IMG/VR virus record: IMGVR_UViG_3300028115_001312 | Coordinates: 1-64,000 of that record | DNA from: an uncultured virus (IMG/VR IMGVR_UViG_3300028115_001312) | Taxonomy: Duplodnaviria; Heunggongvirae; Uroviricota; Caudoviricetes | Direction: 5' to 3' (one strand) | DNA length: 64,000 nt | Part shown: piece after piece, positions 47,436-56,287 of the stretch | How positions within the stretch are numbered: position 1 is the stretch's first letter | Layout of the letters: each line of letters begins with the position of its first letter | The notes under the pieces: generated by a model | Seen by the model: the letters and a program-made list of their open reading frames with translations, nothing else | Database searches by the model: none | Told to the model about the DNA's origin: nothing | Translations under genes and position numbers: made by a program

Positions 47436-48605
47436 CTATCTATATGAGTAAAAAGGTCCATTGTAGCCTCTAATTTTTTCTACAATTGTTTGTGCAGTAT
47501 AAGCACTCAAAGTCCAACCCAAATGACCATGTCCTGTATTATACCATACATTTGATCTTGTTTTACTTTGTTTGACTATAGGCATCATACTAGGTGTCAT
47601 AGGTCTTAGCCCTGCCCAGGGTTTTATATCTTCTGTGTTTATATCTTGAAACATACGTTCTGACCAACGTATTAATGGTCTTATTCTTGCTTGTACTATA
47701 TCTGTATTATACCCATTAAATTCTGCAGTACCTGCTACTCGTAATCTATTCTTGCCCAGTCTCGCAGTAACTATTTTGGCTTCATCGTCTAATAAACTTA
47801 CCCACGGAGCATTACCTGGATTGTTTATTGTAATTGAATAACCTTTTACAGGATAAATTGGTAAATCCTCTTCTATAGTGTTTGCAAGTTTCCTACTACC
47901 AACGCCTGCACATACAACTACTGGCCCATTATAATCTAATCTATTAACAGGTTTACTTGTAAATACTACACTGTATTTGTTTTTTAAAACTTTTGTCAGT
48001 TCAACACAGAACTTGTGTATATCACCTGTAAAATCACTAGTGTTATAATATCCACCAATTATATCAGGATTACTTAGTGCAGGTTCTATCTTGTTGATTT
48101 CTTGTGGACTTACTTCCCATCTGTCTAACCCTGCACGTCTGTATAAGTCATTTGTTTTTTTAGCAAGGTTAAATTCTTCATCTTTAGTATATACATGAAG
48201 TATACCTTTTTCTACTTTATCAAATTTAATACCTTCTTCGTCTGCAATATCCTTATAAAGTTTGTGTGCTTCTAAAGCCATCCGACAAGTTTCAATAGAG
48301 TTAACTTCTCGATTTTTTATTTCAAGCATAAACTTTACAAACCAACTATATTTGTCTAACTCAGGAGTTAAGTTTATTTTTAAAGGAGCATCAGGTTGTG
48401 TTAACCACTTTATGCCTTTTTTAATATTACGCCAGCTATTCCATGTTTCAGCATTGCTTGCACTTAGTTGTCCACCATTAGCATAACTGGTAGCCATAGC
48501 TGGATATTTTCTTTCATCACATATAGTGACATCATAGTCTGCTCGTGCTAGATAGTAAGCGGTAGTAACTCCGGTTATACCTGCACCAATGACTAATGCT
48601 TTCAT
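47436..48605 (-). CDS. dadA: D-amino acid dehydrogenase (FAD)
   Basis: GAGITG, TSYANGGQLS, PIYPVKGYSIT, RVAGTAEF, WAGLRPMTP, NTGHGHLGWT. Confidence 0.92.
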   Translation of the reverse strand: MKALVIGAGITGVTTAYYLARADYDVTICDERKYPAMATSYANGGQLSASNAETWNSWRNIKKGIKWLTQPDAPLKINLTPELDKYSWFVKFMLEIKNREVNSIETCRMALEAHKLYKDIADEEGIKFDKVEKGILHVYTKDEEFNLAKKTNDLYRRAGLDRWEVSPQEINKIEPALSNPDIIGGYYNTSDFTGDIHKFCVELTKVLKNKYSVVFTSKPVNRLDYNGPVVVCAGVGSRKLANTIEEDLPIYPVKGYSITINNPGNAPWVSLLDDEAKIVTARLGKNRLRVAGTAEFNGYNTDIVQARIRPLIRWSERMFQDINTEDIKPWAGLRPMTPSMMPIVKQSKTRSNVWYNTGHGHLGWTLSAYTAQTIVEKIRGYNGPFYSYR

Positions 48606-48826
48606 TTGCTATCCATTATTTTTTGCATTTGTAGTTCTTTGCCAACTATTTCACGCAGTTGTAATCCGTTGCCTATTGGATCCATGTTTTCGTAACGTGT
48701 TAAACAATCACGTGCATTGATATCTTTCCAGATTTCCTTTTTGCCACTAGGCCAGGTAACCTCATAAACACGTAAACTTTTATCCCAACTTTTAGGTGAA
48801 CCTTCTTTCATATATGTTACTGTCAT
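48602..48826 (-). CDS. Hypothetical protein
   Basis: Operon-packed 74 aa ORF. Confidence 0.6.
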   Translation of the reverse strand: MTVTYMKEGSPKSWDKSLRVYEVTWPSGKKEIWKDINARDCLTRYENMDPIGNGLQLREIVGKELQMQKIMDSK

Positions 48827-48830
48827 TGTT

Positions 48831-49970
48831 TTATCCTAGTATTGTACAAATTTTTCCTGCTAAGTTAATAAAGAAATCTTCTTTATGACCTTTTGTAGTT
48901 TCAGCGGCAGTGCCTATTCTTATACCACTTGTTTCTACAAAACTACGTGGATCATTTGGTACACCATTTTTATTAACAGTAATACCATTTTCTTCCAGTA
49001 AGTCTGCAGCTTGTCTACCACTATGCTTACTTTTGCTTAAATCCATTAATATAATATGACTATCTGTGCCACCTGTTTGTACAGGAAAACCACGTGCTTC
49101 AAATACCTCGCACATTACTTTTGCATTTTTGATCACTTGGTGTGCATACTGTTCAAAACTAGGAAGTAATGCTTCACTGTAACATTGTGCTTTTGCAGCA
49201 ATTATGTTCATAAGTGGTCCACCTTGTGTGCCTGGAAATATTGCACTATTAATACGTTTGCACCATTTAGGATCATCCCATAAGATCATGCCACCTCTAG
49301 GTCCACGAAGTGTTTTATGTGTAGTGCTTGTCACTACATCTGCATAACCAAATGGACTATCATATACTTGACCAGCGACTAGTCCACTATAGTGTGCCAT
49401 ATCAACTAATAATATTGCACCTACACTGTCAGCAATTTGTCTAAATGCACTCCAATCTATCTGTCTTGGATATGCACTTGCTCCTGCAACAATTAACTTA
49501 GGCATATTAAGTTTTGCAATACCTTCTATTTTATCGTAGTCAAGTAAACCATTATCATCAACACCATAAGTGACTGCATTGTAAAACTTACCACTTAGAG
49601 TAGGAGGTGCACCGTGTGATAAGTGTCCGCCACTTGCTAGATCCATACCCATAAGTACATCACCAGGTTTCATAAATGCTTGATAAACTGCAGTGTTTGC
49701 ATTTACACCTGAATGTGGTTGCACGTTTGCATACTCACAACCATAAAGTTCGCAAACTAAATCTATTGCAAGTTGCTCAACCTCATCCATATACTCGCAA
49801 CCATTATAGTAACGTTTACGTGGATAACCTTCTGCATACTTGTTAGTAAAAATACTACCACACAAGTCCATTACTGCTTGACTTGCATAGTTCTCACTAG
49901 CAATTAATTCTATAGTTGTATCTTGTCTTAGTTGTTCTTTGTCTAGTATTAACTTTATGTCTTCATACAT
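48831..49970 (-). CDS. glyA: Serine hydroxymethyltransferase
   Basis: LIASENY, NKYAEGYP, GGHLSHG, TTHKTLRGPRGG, FPGTQGGP. Confidence 0.96.
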   Translation of the reverse strand: MYEDIKLILDKEQLRQDTTIELIASENYASQAVMDLCGSIFTNKYAEGYPRKRYYNGCEYMDEVEQLAIDLVCELYGCEYANVQPHSGVNANTAVYQAFMKPGDVLMGMDLASGGHLSHGAPPTLSGKFYNAVTYGVDDNGLLDYDKIEGIAKLNMPKLIVAGASAYPRQIDWSAFRQIADSVGAILLVDMAHYSGLVAGQVYDSPFGYADVVTSTTHKTLRGPRGGMILWDDPKWCKRINSAIFPGTQGGPLMNIIAAKAQCYSEALLPSFEQYAHQVIKNAKVMCEVFEARGFPVQTGGTDSHIILMDLSKSKHSGRQAADLLEENGITVNKNGVPNDPRSFVETSGIRIGTAAETTKGHKEDFFINLAGKICTILG

Positions 49971-50199
49971 TTTGTACTATATCCAATCCATATTTCATTT
50001 TAAGCATGAATAAATCTTTTTCATTTCCTAGTCTAACTCTCAAACCTGCTTGTAATACATCCTCATGTCCGCTAGTCCAAGGACCTTTACATACTCTATT
50101 TACATAATCACGTATTTCATTTGCATACTGAAATATATTATGTTCATCACCCATTTCAGGATACGTCATTCCGTTTGGATATGGTAAAAGTACAACCAT
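49963..50199 (-). CDS. Hypothetical protein
   Basis: Operon-packed. Confidence 0.55.
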   Translation of the reverse strand: MVVLLPYPNGMTYPEMGDEHNIFQYANEIRDYVNRVCKGPWTSGHEDVLQAGLRVRLGNEKDLFMLKMKYGLDIVQNV

Positions 50200-50403
50200 T
50201 TACTTAATTGCTTGTTTTGCACGTAATTCTTTAATGGTTTTCTTAGCGACTCTGTATGCTATTCTAGCGGCACGTCTTAGTTCTGGTCTGTAATGAGCAG
50301 TAGGACGTGGACCACTATCTGTTGGAGCTCTATAGTATCTTTCCATAAAGTCTGATACCTTGTTAAATTGGTTATTCCAAATATGTCCTTTACCTTGATA
50401 CAT
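50200..50403 (-). CDS. Small basic protein
   Basis: Operon-packed. Confidence 0.55.
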   Translation of the reverse strand: MYQGKGHIWNNQFNKVSDFMERYYRAPTDSGPRPTAHYRPELRRAARIAYRVAKKTIKELRAKQAIK

Positions 50404-51369
50404 TTATATTATTTCCTTTTCTTTTTTTGTTATAAATTTATATATATGATCTGCAAAAATAATGTGTTGTTTAGGACCAGGATGACAGTTGTCAGTACCA
50501 TAATCTACAAAGTCCCAATTGTTTTGATAATTATTATAACTATATGAGATATCTAAAAAATTATTATAGTCCTTAAATATAATAGGGGTAAGGCCATCTT
50601 CTAAAAAATTTATAAGGTACAACTTAGCACCTAACTTACTGCAGAAGTTTATAACATTCAAAATATCTCTGTAGTAAAGTATTTTGTTTGTTGTTGAATC
50701 AAAATAGTCTGGATTCCAGTTGTACTCTTTCACTAAATTGATTGCCATATACGGCTTTAATTCCCAATCTTTTGAATACTCGCCTCTGTACATACTAGTA
50801 AGTCCCCAAACAACTATGTCACCTTTTTTTATATCAGATCTTAATATTTGACTTGCTGCCCAACTATTACAAGAAGCACTTCTAGATAAATTTATCTCAT
50901 GAATGTTAAGATATTCCGATAATAGGTGTCCATACCTTTGATTGTTTTCTATACCTTCACCTGCAGTAAAACTACAACCAACTGTCCATAAAACTTTTTC
51001 TGTAGTATTTCTTATATTCTGTAAACTATTAAATTTTTGTAGATTTACATCTTGTACACAATCATCTAATCCACTTACTTTGTGTTTTACTTTATATAAA
51101 CAATTTATAAGAGTACTTAAATTGTAATTAAAATTTGAATCTGTATAATCATGGTTACACATTTCATATAAGTTTAAATCTTTTATTATAATTTTTTCAG
51201 CAGCATTACAAACTTTTTTAATATTTTTTTCTTTAACATCTACTATGCTTGTAAAATAATCTTTGTATTCTTTACCGGATATTGCTTTATCTAAATTTTT
51301 GTAGTTTAACAGATTACTGCCATTATTCCAATTATAATCTTCATGACTAATGTATAGGTTGTTAATCAT
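50404..51369 (-). CDS. SGNH hydrolase-like protein
   Basis: GCSFTAG, WGLT...R, D..HPG; very AT-rich. Confidence 0.65.
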   Translation of the reverse strand: MINNLYISHEDYNWNNGSNLLNYKNLDKAISGKEYKDYFTSIVDVKEKNIKKVCNAAEKIIIKDLNLYEMCNHDYTDSNFNYNLSTLINCLYKVKHKVSGLDDCVQDVNLQKFNSLQNIRNTTEKVLWTVGCSFTAGEGIENNQRYGHLLSEYLNIHEINLSRSASCNSWAASQILRSDIKKGDIVVWGLTSMYRGEYSKDWELKPYMAINLVKEYNWNPDYFDSTTNKILYYRDILNVINFCSKLGAKLYLINFLEDGLTPIIFKDYNNFLDISYSYNNYQNNWDFVDYGTDNCHPGPKQHIIFADHIYKFITKKEKEII

Positions 51370-51710
51370 TTTGTAATAATATAATCCCAGGGATCACTTT
51401 TAGGTTGTTTCATCCTTGCAAATAGTTCAGTATAGAAACTGTCAACATTTCCACCAAACTTACCTTGTAAATGTTCAATCATTTGCTCTACAAAATCAAG
51501 ATTGCCTATTTTATAGTTTTTAATTAAGTTTTCATGTTGAGTTTTAAAGTGATCAAGTTGTGTCATTTCTGCTAATGGAATATCACCAGCATCTATTATA
51601 CACCAACTGGGTACTATTTGATCTTCGATACGAAAAGTATCTAATTCTAAAACTAAGTATCTATCCTTAACAGGCTTGATATCCTGTTCCGTTGCTAAAA
51701 CAATTTTCAT
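51366..51710 (-). CDS. Hypothetical protein
   Basis: LELDT motif; promoter TTGACA-N17-TATTAT at 51717-51745. Confidence 0.65.
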   Translation of the reverse strand: MKIVLATEQDIKPVKDRYLVLELDTFRIEDQIVPSWCIIDAGDIPLAEMTQLDHFKTQHENLIKNYKIGNLDFVEQMIEHLQGKFGGNVDSFYTELFARMKQPKSDPWDYIITK

Positions 51711-51760
51711 AAACTAATAATACTATGTGTTGAATTATCTGTCAAGTTATTTATTGAAAT

Positions 51761-51785
51761 AAAAAAGAGGGCCTAAGCCCTCTTT
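51761..51785 (-). terminator. Intrinsic terminator
   Basis: AAAGAGGGC-TTAG-GCCCTCTTT followed by T run. Confidence 0.75.
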
Positions 51786-51787
51786 AA

Positions 51788-52048
51788 TTAAATTGCTACG
51801 TCACCCGTTGCATTTCGCATTTCTTCTAGCAATCGTTTCAGTGCTTTTTCCTCTGCACAGTATATATTATCTACAGGTCTGCCTTGATATGCCTCTGAAG
51901 CACCTAGTACTAATCCATTGGCCTCTGCTTGAACAAATGCTATACAAGCACTTGCACTACCAAAAGTTGGCTCTTCGTAAATATATAAATCTTCTGTAGG
52001 GTATTGTTGACTCATTAACATAACGACTACTATAAAAAATGTCTTCAA
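51788..52048 (-). CDS. Small exported/hypothetical protein with Cys pair
   Basis: Hydrophobic N-terminus, F.S...C and C near the end. Confidence 0.55.
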   Translation of the reverse strand: MKTFFIVVVMLMSQQYPTEDLYIYEEPTFGSASACIAFVQAEANGLVLGASEAYQGRPVDNIYCAEEKALKRLLEEMRNATGDVAI

Positions 52049-52086
52049 TTATAAAATTCTCTTTCCTCTTCCGTATAAGGCCACAT
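52045..52086 (-). CDS. Micro-ORF MWPYTEEEREFYN (13 aa)
   Basis: AAGGT SD; stop overlaps the next TTG start. Confidence 0.35.
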   Translation of the reverse strand: MWPYTEEEREFYN

Positions 52087-52096
52087 AATATTTACC

Positions 52097-52192
52097 TTAT
52101 GCTATAATCGGAAAAGTACTTACAATACCAACTGCGCCTACTACTACGAGCAGTGCTAATACGCCTGTAGTTGCTTGTAAAAAATCTTTCAT
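52097..52192 (-). CDS. Single-TM microprotein (31 aa)
   Basis: AAGGA SD; MKDFLQATTGVLALLVVVGAVGIVSTFPIIA. Confidence 0.45.
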   Translation of the reverse strand: MKDFLQATTGVLALLVVVGAVGIVSTFPIIA

Positions 52193-52194
52193 TT

Positions 52195-52371
52195 TTATTT
52201 TCCTTCTCTTAATGTCTTTGCTATATCATAGTGACCATAGCACTCTAATGTTTGAGCTGCTCTTACTCTACCTATTCTTTCGCAAGTTTTATTAATTTTT
52301 CCTGTGGCTAAACTCCAGCCTACTAAAAAATCTTGTAAAAAAGTTCTTGTTCCTAATACTAATGCAGTCAT
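52195..52371 (-). CDS. Small protein, 58 aa
   Basis: ATG 52371 directly after the upstream stop; RVRAAQTL..YG.YDIAK. Confidence 0.6.
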   Translation of the reverse strand: MTALVLGTRTFLQDFLVGWSLATGKINKTCERIGRVRAAQTLECYGHYDIAKTLREGK

Positions 52372-52372
52372 T

Positions 52373-52531
52373 TTATATACCAAACCTTCCGTATGTTGTG
52401 TGTAATTTTTTCATTCTATTTTCTAAGTCACAAATATCTGTGCTTTGTGATAAGTATTTCTCTTGAGCACTTTTCGTTTCAAACATGTTACGAAACATTG
52501 TCACAAGAGTATTGGATAGCTTCTTAGCCAT
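52373..52531 (-). CDS. DUF3563-like small protein, 52 aa
   Basis: AGGAG SD; EKYLSQSTDICDLENRMKKL resembles the YL..A.D..DLE.R.R motif. Confidence 0.6.
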   Translation of the reverse strand: MAKKLSNTLVTMFRNMFETKSAQEKYLSQSTDICDLENRMKKLHTTYGRFGI

Positions 52532-52554
52532 TTTTGGTCTCCTATTAATGTTAT

Positions 52555-52695
52555 ATGCTTGAGGGAAGCAATACCGCGGTCTTTTCCGCCGTCAGTAATC
52601 TTTGATTACCGTCATTCGCTTGATAAGGCTGTCTGCGCCAGCCCTAGTCTTTCCTAGTGCCACTCATTTTTATTGAGCTGAGGACGCTCCTGTCT
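52555..52695 (-). ncRNA. Multi-hairpin structured leader / candidate ncRNA
   Basis: About six hairpins including two GAAAGA/AAAAGA-loop stems; TATAAATA at 52703-52710. Confidence 0.5.
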
Positions 52696-52840
52696 ACACT
52701 TTTATTTATATTATTATACCGCCTTTCTAGGGCATTTGCAACACGGTTTTGGGAAAAACACTATTGCTTTTTTAGCAACAATGAATAAATTTTTTATAAT
52801 ATTATTAAGTATTAAGCAATAATGTAATTTTATTAGTCAT

Positions 52841-52868
52841 AAAAAAAGCACGTTTAAAAACGTGCTTT
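52841..52868 (-). terminator. Intrinsic terminator
   Basis: AAAGCACGTT/AACGTGCTTT followed by T run. Confidence 0.7.
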
Positions 52869-52884
52869 ATTGAGTGTTTTTTTA

Positions 52885-53850
52885 TTAGTATCCGTTTGGA
52901 ACTATAACATAATGTATTGCTAACACAATACCTAAACTTGCTCCTAATCCAATCATCATCTTCATAAAGTCTCTTCCTACAATAGGAAACACATTCTTTA
53001 ATCTGTATGAACCATTGCTCATTGTGCTTATTGCTAGTTCTCTACCACATAATAATCCAACGAATACCCAAGTAGTTGACATTGGAATATTGTTTAGTTC
53101 TTTAAAGAAGTATAAACATAAAAAATATGCCGCATCAATGATACAGGCACTACGTACATACCTAGTGTGTTGTTTCTCCAACACAATCTTCTGTATCTTA
53201 CCACCGCCTTCTCGAAACATAAAACCTAAACCTAAAACAAATATTGCACTAATTGCAATCATCATATCAAATGGCACTTGCCTTGGTAAAAACACTGCTA
53301 TGTTTGCAACATCATGACTTAGCCATGTCCACCATAGGAAACCTGTAGTAACCCATTGTCCTATACGCCAGTATCGTTTGTGTTCTTCTTTAACTGGGTC
53401 ATTACGTTCATTTAACCATCGTGCTATAAGTATCCATAAACAGTAAGCAAATACACCTGCGACAGCATATCCCATGATTGACTTTACTAGCATCTTCTCC
53501 AGCACAAAAGTACTAGCAAAGGCACTTAAAACTAAAAAAGACGTACTAACTGGTACGCCTATCCTTGTGAGCAGTAATAATACCAACGGTGCCATAGCAT
53601 GATACCATTGTATTTCTTGAAATGGAATCTTAGTAAGTCTACCGTAACTGATGTCTCCACCATTTACTGTCCATCCATACCAGAGTGCCCAAAGTAAAAC
53701 CGCACTAGCGGCGGCCCACATTGTTGTCCATTTAAATCTTTGATTGTTACTTGCTATCCATGTACCCAGTGTTTGTACACTATCGTTAGCAATAACTGAA
53801 TAGCCAGCAAATAAAAAGCCTAACGCCATCCAAAGTGTTAGTTGATCCAT
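52885..53850 (-). CDS. Multi-pass membrane protein, PiT-like phosphate transporter fold
   Basis: IANDS, G.PVSTS, HDVAN, PMSTTW repeats resemble the PiT GAND and P.STT motifs; lies downstream of pstS. Confidence 0.6.
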   Translation of the reverse strand: MDQLTLWMALGFLFAGYSVIANDSVQTLGTWIASNNQRFKWTTMWAAASAVLLWALWYGWTVNGGDISYGRLTKIPFQEIQWYHAMAPLVLLLLTRIGVPVSTSFLVLSAFASTFVLEKMLVKSIMGYAVAGVFAYCLWILIARWLNERNDPVKEEHKRYWRIGQWVTTGFLWWTWLSHDVANIAVFLPRQVPFDMMIAISAIFVLGLGFMFREGGGKIQKIVLEKQHTRYVRSACIIDAAYFLCLYFFKELNNIPMSTTWVFVGLLCGRELAISTMSNGSYRLKNVFPIVGRDFMKMMIGLGASLGIVLAIHYVIVPNGY

Positions 53851-53859
53851 AATTTTTCC

Positions 53860-54081
53860 TTATATTTTTTTGCCGCAATGAGGACATGTTTCAGTCTTCA
53901 TGTGTGCTTGCATTTCTCGTAAGTGATCTCGCATATCTTTTGCATCAGCTATCTGTTGTTTCAACCATGCTTTACGCCTATCACTTTTGGCTTTTTTATA
54001 TTCTTCTTTTAAAGATTGTTTTTGATTCTGTAACTGTTGTTCAAAAACACTATAAAAAGATGTTAACACTTGTACCTCCAT
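53860..54081 (-). CDS. Small coiled-coil protein with C-terminal CPHC (likely GTG start a few codons in)
   Basis: GGAGG before GTG; promoter TTGACA-N17-TATAAT at 54102-54130. Confidence 0.6.
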   Translation of the reverse strand: MEVQVLTSFYSVFEQQLQNQKQSLKEEYKKAKSDRRKAWLKQQIADAKDMRDHLREMQAHMKTETCPHCGKKI

Positions 54082-54145
54082 AAAAATAGCACTATTTTTG
54101 TATTATAGTGCTATTCATATTTTTTGTCAAGTGTAATAAAAAATA

Positions 54146-55180
54146 TTACTTCTTAAGCATGTCTGCAGTAAGCACTGGTAATTCTTTCATTGCTTTAGCA
54201 TACTTTGCTCTTTCTTCTTTTGGCATTGGAATCATACCAGCATCAGATAATATGCCTTCTTCGTTCCAATTCTTTTTCCAACTAACCATATACTCTTCGA
54301 TACCAGGTACAACACCTATGTGCTGATGCTTGACATAAAAGAACAAGGCTCTTGAAACTGCATAGTCACCATCTGCAATTGCTTCAAATGTTGGCTCACC
54401 ACCATCTATGATTGCACCATTGAGAGTATCACTGTTTTGATCTAGGTAACTGAAGCCAAAAATACCATAAGCTGTTGGATCTTCAATTAACTTTTGTACA
54501 ATCAAGTTGTCCTGTTCACCTGCTTCAATGAATGCACCGTCAGTTCTCATGGCTCTACACTTTTTGCCTTTTTTATCACCTCTTGCTTTAGATGCTGCTT
54601 TTGCAATTTTGTCTTTGCCACAATAACCTTTTTGATTTACCATTTCTGCATAACTTGCTCTTGTACCTGAAGTTGTTGGTGGCCCATAAACTCTAATGTC
54701 CAAATTAGGAAGTGCAGGATTTATATCACTCCACTTTTTGTATGGATTGTCTATCCATGTTCCGTCTGCTTGTGGTATTTTTGCAGTTAGTGCTCGTGCT
54801 AAATCTGCTTTACTAATGTTTAATTGAATACCTTTTTTACTGCTTGCAACAACAATACCATCATAACCTACTTTAATTTCAGTTACCTTTACACCGTTCT
54901 TTTCACAGTATTCTAATTCTTTTGTTTTCATTCTTGAACTTGCATTTCCAATGTCTATGAACTGTGTTCCTACACCATCACATACACCTTTCTTACCAAC
55001 ACTACTACCACCTGATTCTACAACTGGTGTTGGTATACTTGGATTCTTTCCTACTTGTTCAGCGATTATTCTCGCAAATGGAAGTACAGTACTTGAGCCT
55101 GCAATACTTAACTGATCTCTCGCAACTGCCACATTAGAAGCCATTGCTAATGCTACTAATGCAATTAACATTTTATACAT
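54146..55180 (-). CDS. pstS: Phosphate-binding protein PstS
   Basis: Signal peptide, GSSTVLP, GGSSVG, ASSR, GYDGI, SGTR, GFSY, Y..SR.LFFY. Confidence 0.93.
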   Translation of the reverse strand: MYKMLIALVALAMASNVAVARDQLSIAGSSTVLPFARIIAEQVGKNPSIPTPVVESGGSSVGKKGVCDGVGTQFIDIGNASSRMKTKELEYCEKNGVKVTEIKVGYDGIVVASSKKGIQLNISKADLARALTAKIPQADGTWIDNPYKKWSDINPALPNLDIRVYGPPTTSGTRASYAEMVNQKGYCGKDKIAKAASKARGDKKGKKCRAMRTDGAFIEAGEQDNLIVQKLIEDPTAYGIFGFSYLDQNSDTLNGAIIDGGEPTFEAIADGDYAVSRALFFYVKHQHIGVVPGIEEYMVSWKKNWNEEGILSDAGMIPMPKEERAKYAKAMKELPVLTADMLKK

Positions 55181-55240
55181 TTCGATTTTTTCCTTATGTT
55201 ATTAATATAAAATTTTTAATTCAATTTTATTTAATATTCT

Positions 55241-55284
55241 TAGTATTACAGTTTTGTTACATTTACATTAAATTTTTGTTACAT
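55241..55284 (-). promoter_or_regulatory. Pho-box-like array (four 11-bp units)
   Basis: ATGTAACAAAA/ATTTAATGTAA/ATGTAACAAAA/CTGTAATACTA about 60 nt upstream of pstS. Confidence 0.7.
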
Positions 55285-55290
55285 TGTAAT

Positions 55291-55512
55291 TTAATATACT
55301 GTAGTCTTTTTAGGATCCACCTTACGTGGCTCACACACTGCTGTATAAAATTGTGTTTTAGGATCTCCATCGCCTGCACGTGGATTTGGTACACCAGGTT
55401 GTTTATTAAGTCGCTCAGCATAATACTTACAACTATCAATACTACGAAAATACATATTTTGATTAATTATATTTTGTCCAAGATATACTATAAGTAGAAA
55501 TGCATGTGTCAT
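55291..55512 (-). CDS. Small hypothetical protein with Cys pair
   Basis: MYFRSIDSC...TAVCEP; TAATG coupling. Confidence 0.6.
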   Translation of the reverse strand: MTHAFLLIVYLGQNIINQNMYFRSIDSCKYYAERLNKQPGVPNPRAGDGDPKTQFYTAVCEPRKVDPKKTTVY

Positions 55513-55985
55513 TACGTGTAAAATATAATGCCAACAACTGCAGCACCTATTGCCAATATAACACCAAGTACTATTAACACCATCTTAAGATCTGCCCAAA
55601 GTTCAGCATCTGCTTTTGCTTTTGCTATTCTTGCTTGACGTTGTGCTTCTTTATGTTCAGCGATACGTTTAGCACGTTCTTCTAGAATACTTGCCCAAGT
55701 TCCAGGACCAAAACGTAAATTAATTAATGTTGATATTTCTTGTAGTGCTTCTGCAGCAAGTTTAGCATCAATAGCTTCTTGTGCAATATGAGCAGTGTCA
55801 AATTGTTCTTTGACACCCATAGTTCTACTATTGACTTTTTTATCTAGGTCTTGTTTACCTCGTAATAGGTTGTCAATTTGACCTCCTAATTCGCTGATAT
55901 CTTGACATGTTTGTATATTTGATTTTATGAATTCTACACTAGATTTGACTAGTGCAATACCCGCTAGTATCTCTGCTACTGGCAT
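55512..55985 (-). CDS. Hypothetical protein with C-terminal TM anchor
   Basis: GAGG SD; helical; RFG..TW..I. Confidence 0.7.
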   Translation of the reverse strand: MPVAEILAGIALVKSSVEFIKSNIQTCQDISELGGQIDNLLRGKQDLDKKVNSRTMGVKEQFDTAHIAQEAIDAKLAAEALQEISTLINLRFGPGTWASILEERAKRIAEHKEAQRQARIAKAKADAELWADLKMVLIVLGVILAIGAAVVGIIFYT

Positions 55986-56023
55986 AGACTATCCTCTCAA
56001 CTTGACTCTCTATACGTATTTAG

Positions 56024-56170
56024 CTACTTAGAGTTATTGAGGCGTTGCCACAGTTTTCGTACACCATAGTTTTGGTGTTTTACATACATTATTTGAGGTT
56101 TTTGTGCTTCTAATAGCAAAGGACTATCTTTTGCTAGTTGGTCAACTATACTAGAAATATCCTTTGCCAT
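56024..56170 (-). CDS. Small protein, 48 aa
   Basis: MAKDISSIVDQLAKDSPLLLEAQKPQ.. (manual translation); weak SD. Confidence 0.4.
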   Translation of the reverse strand: MAKDISSIVDQLAKDSPLLLEAQKPQIMYVKHQNYGVRKLWQRLNNSK

Positions 56171-56287
56171 TATAATATCTTCTAATCTACTTGTACAATC
56201 TCATCCTGCATATCTTATGGGATAACCGATGGACCTTATTGCACAAACGTTGTGCCCTTTACAGGATTACTTGTTAAAAGTATTTAG

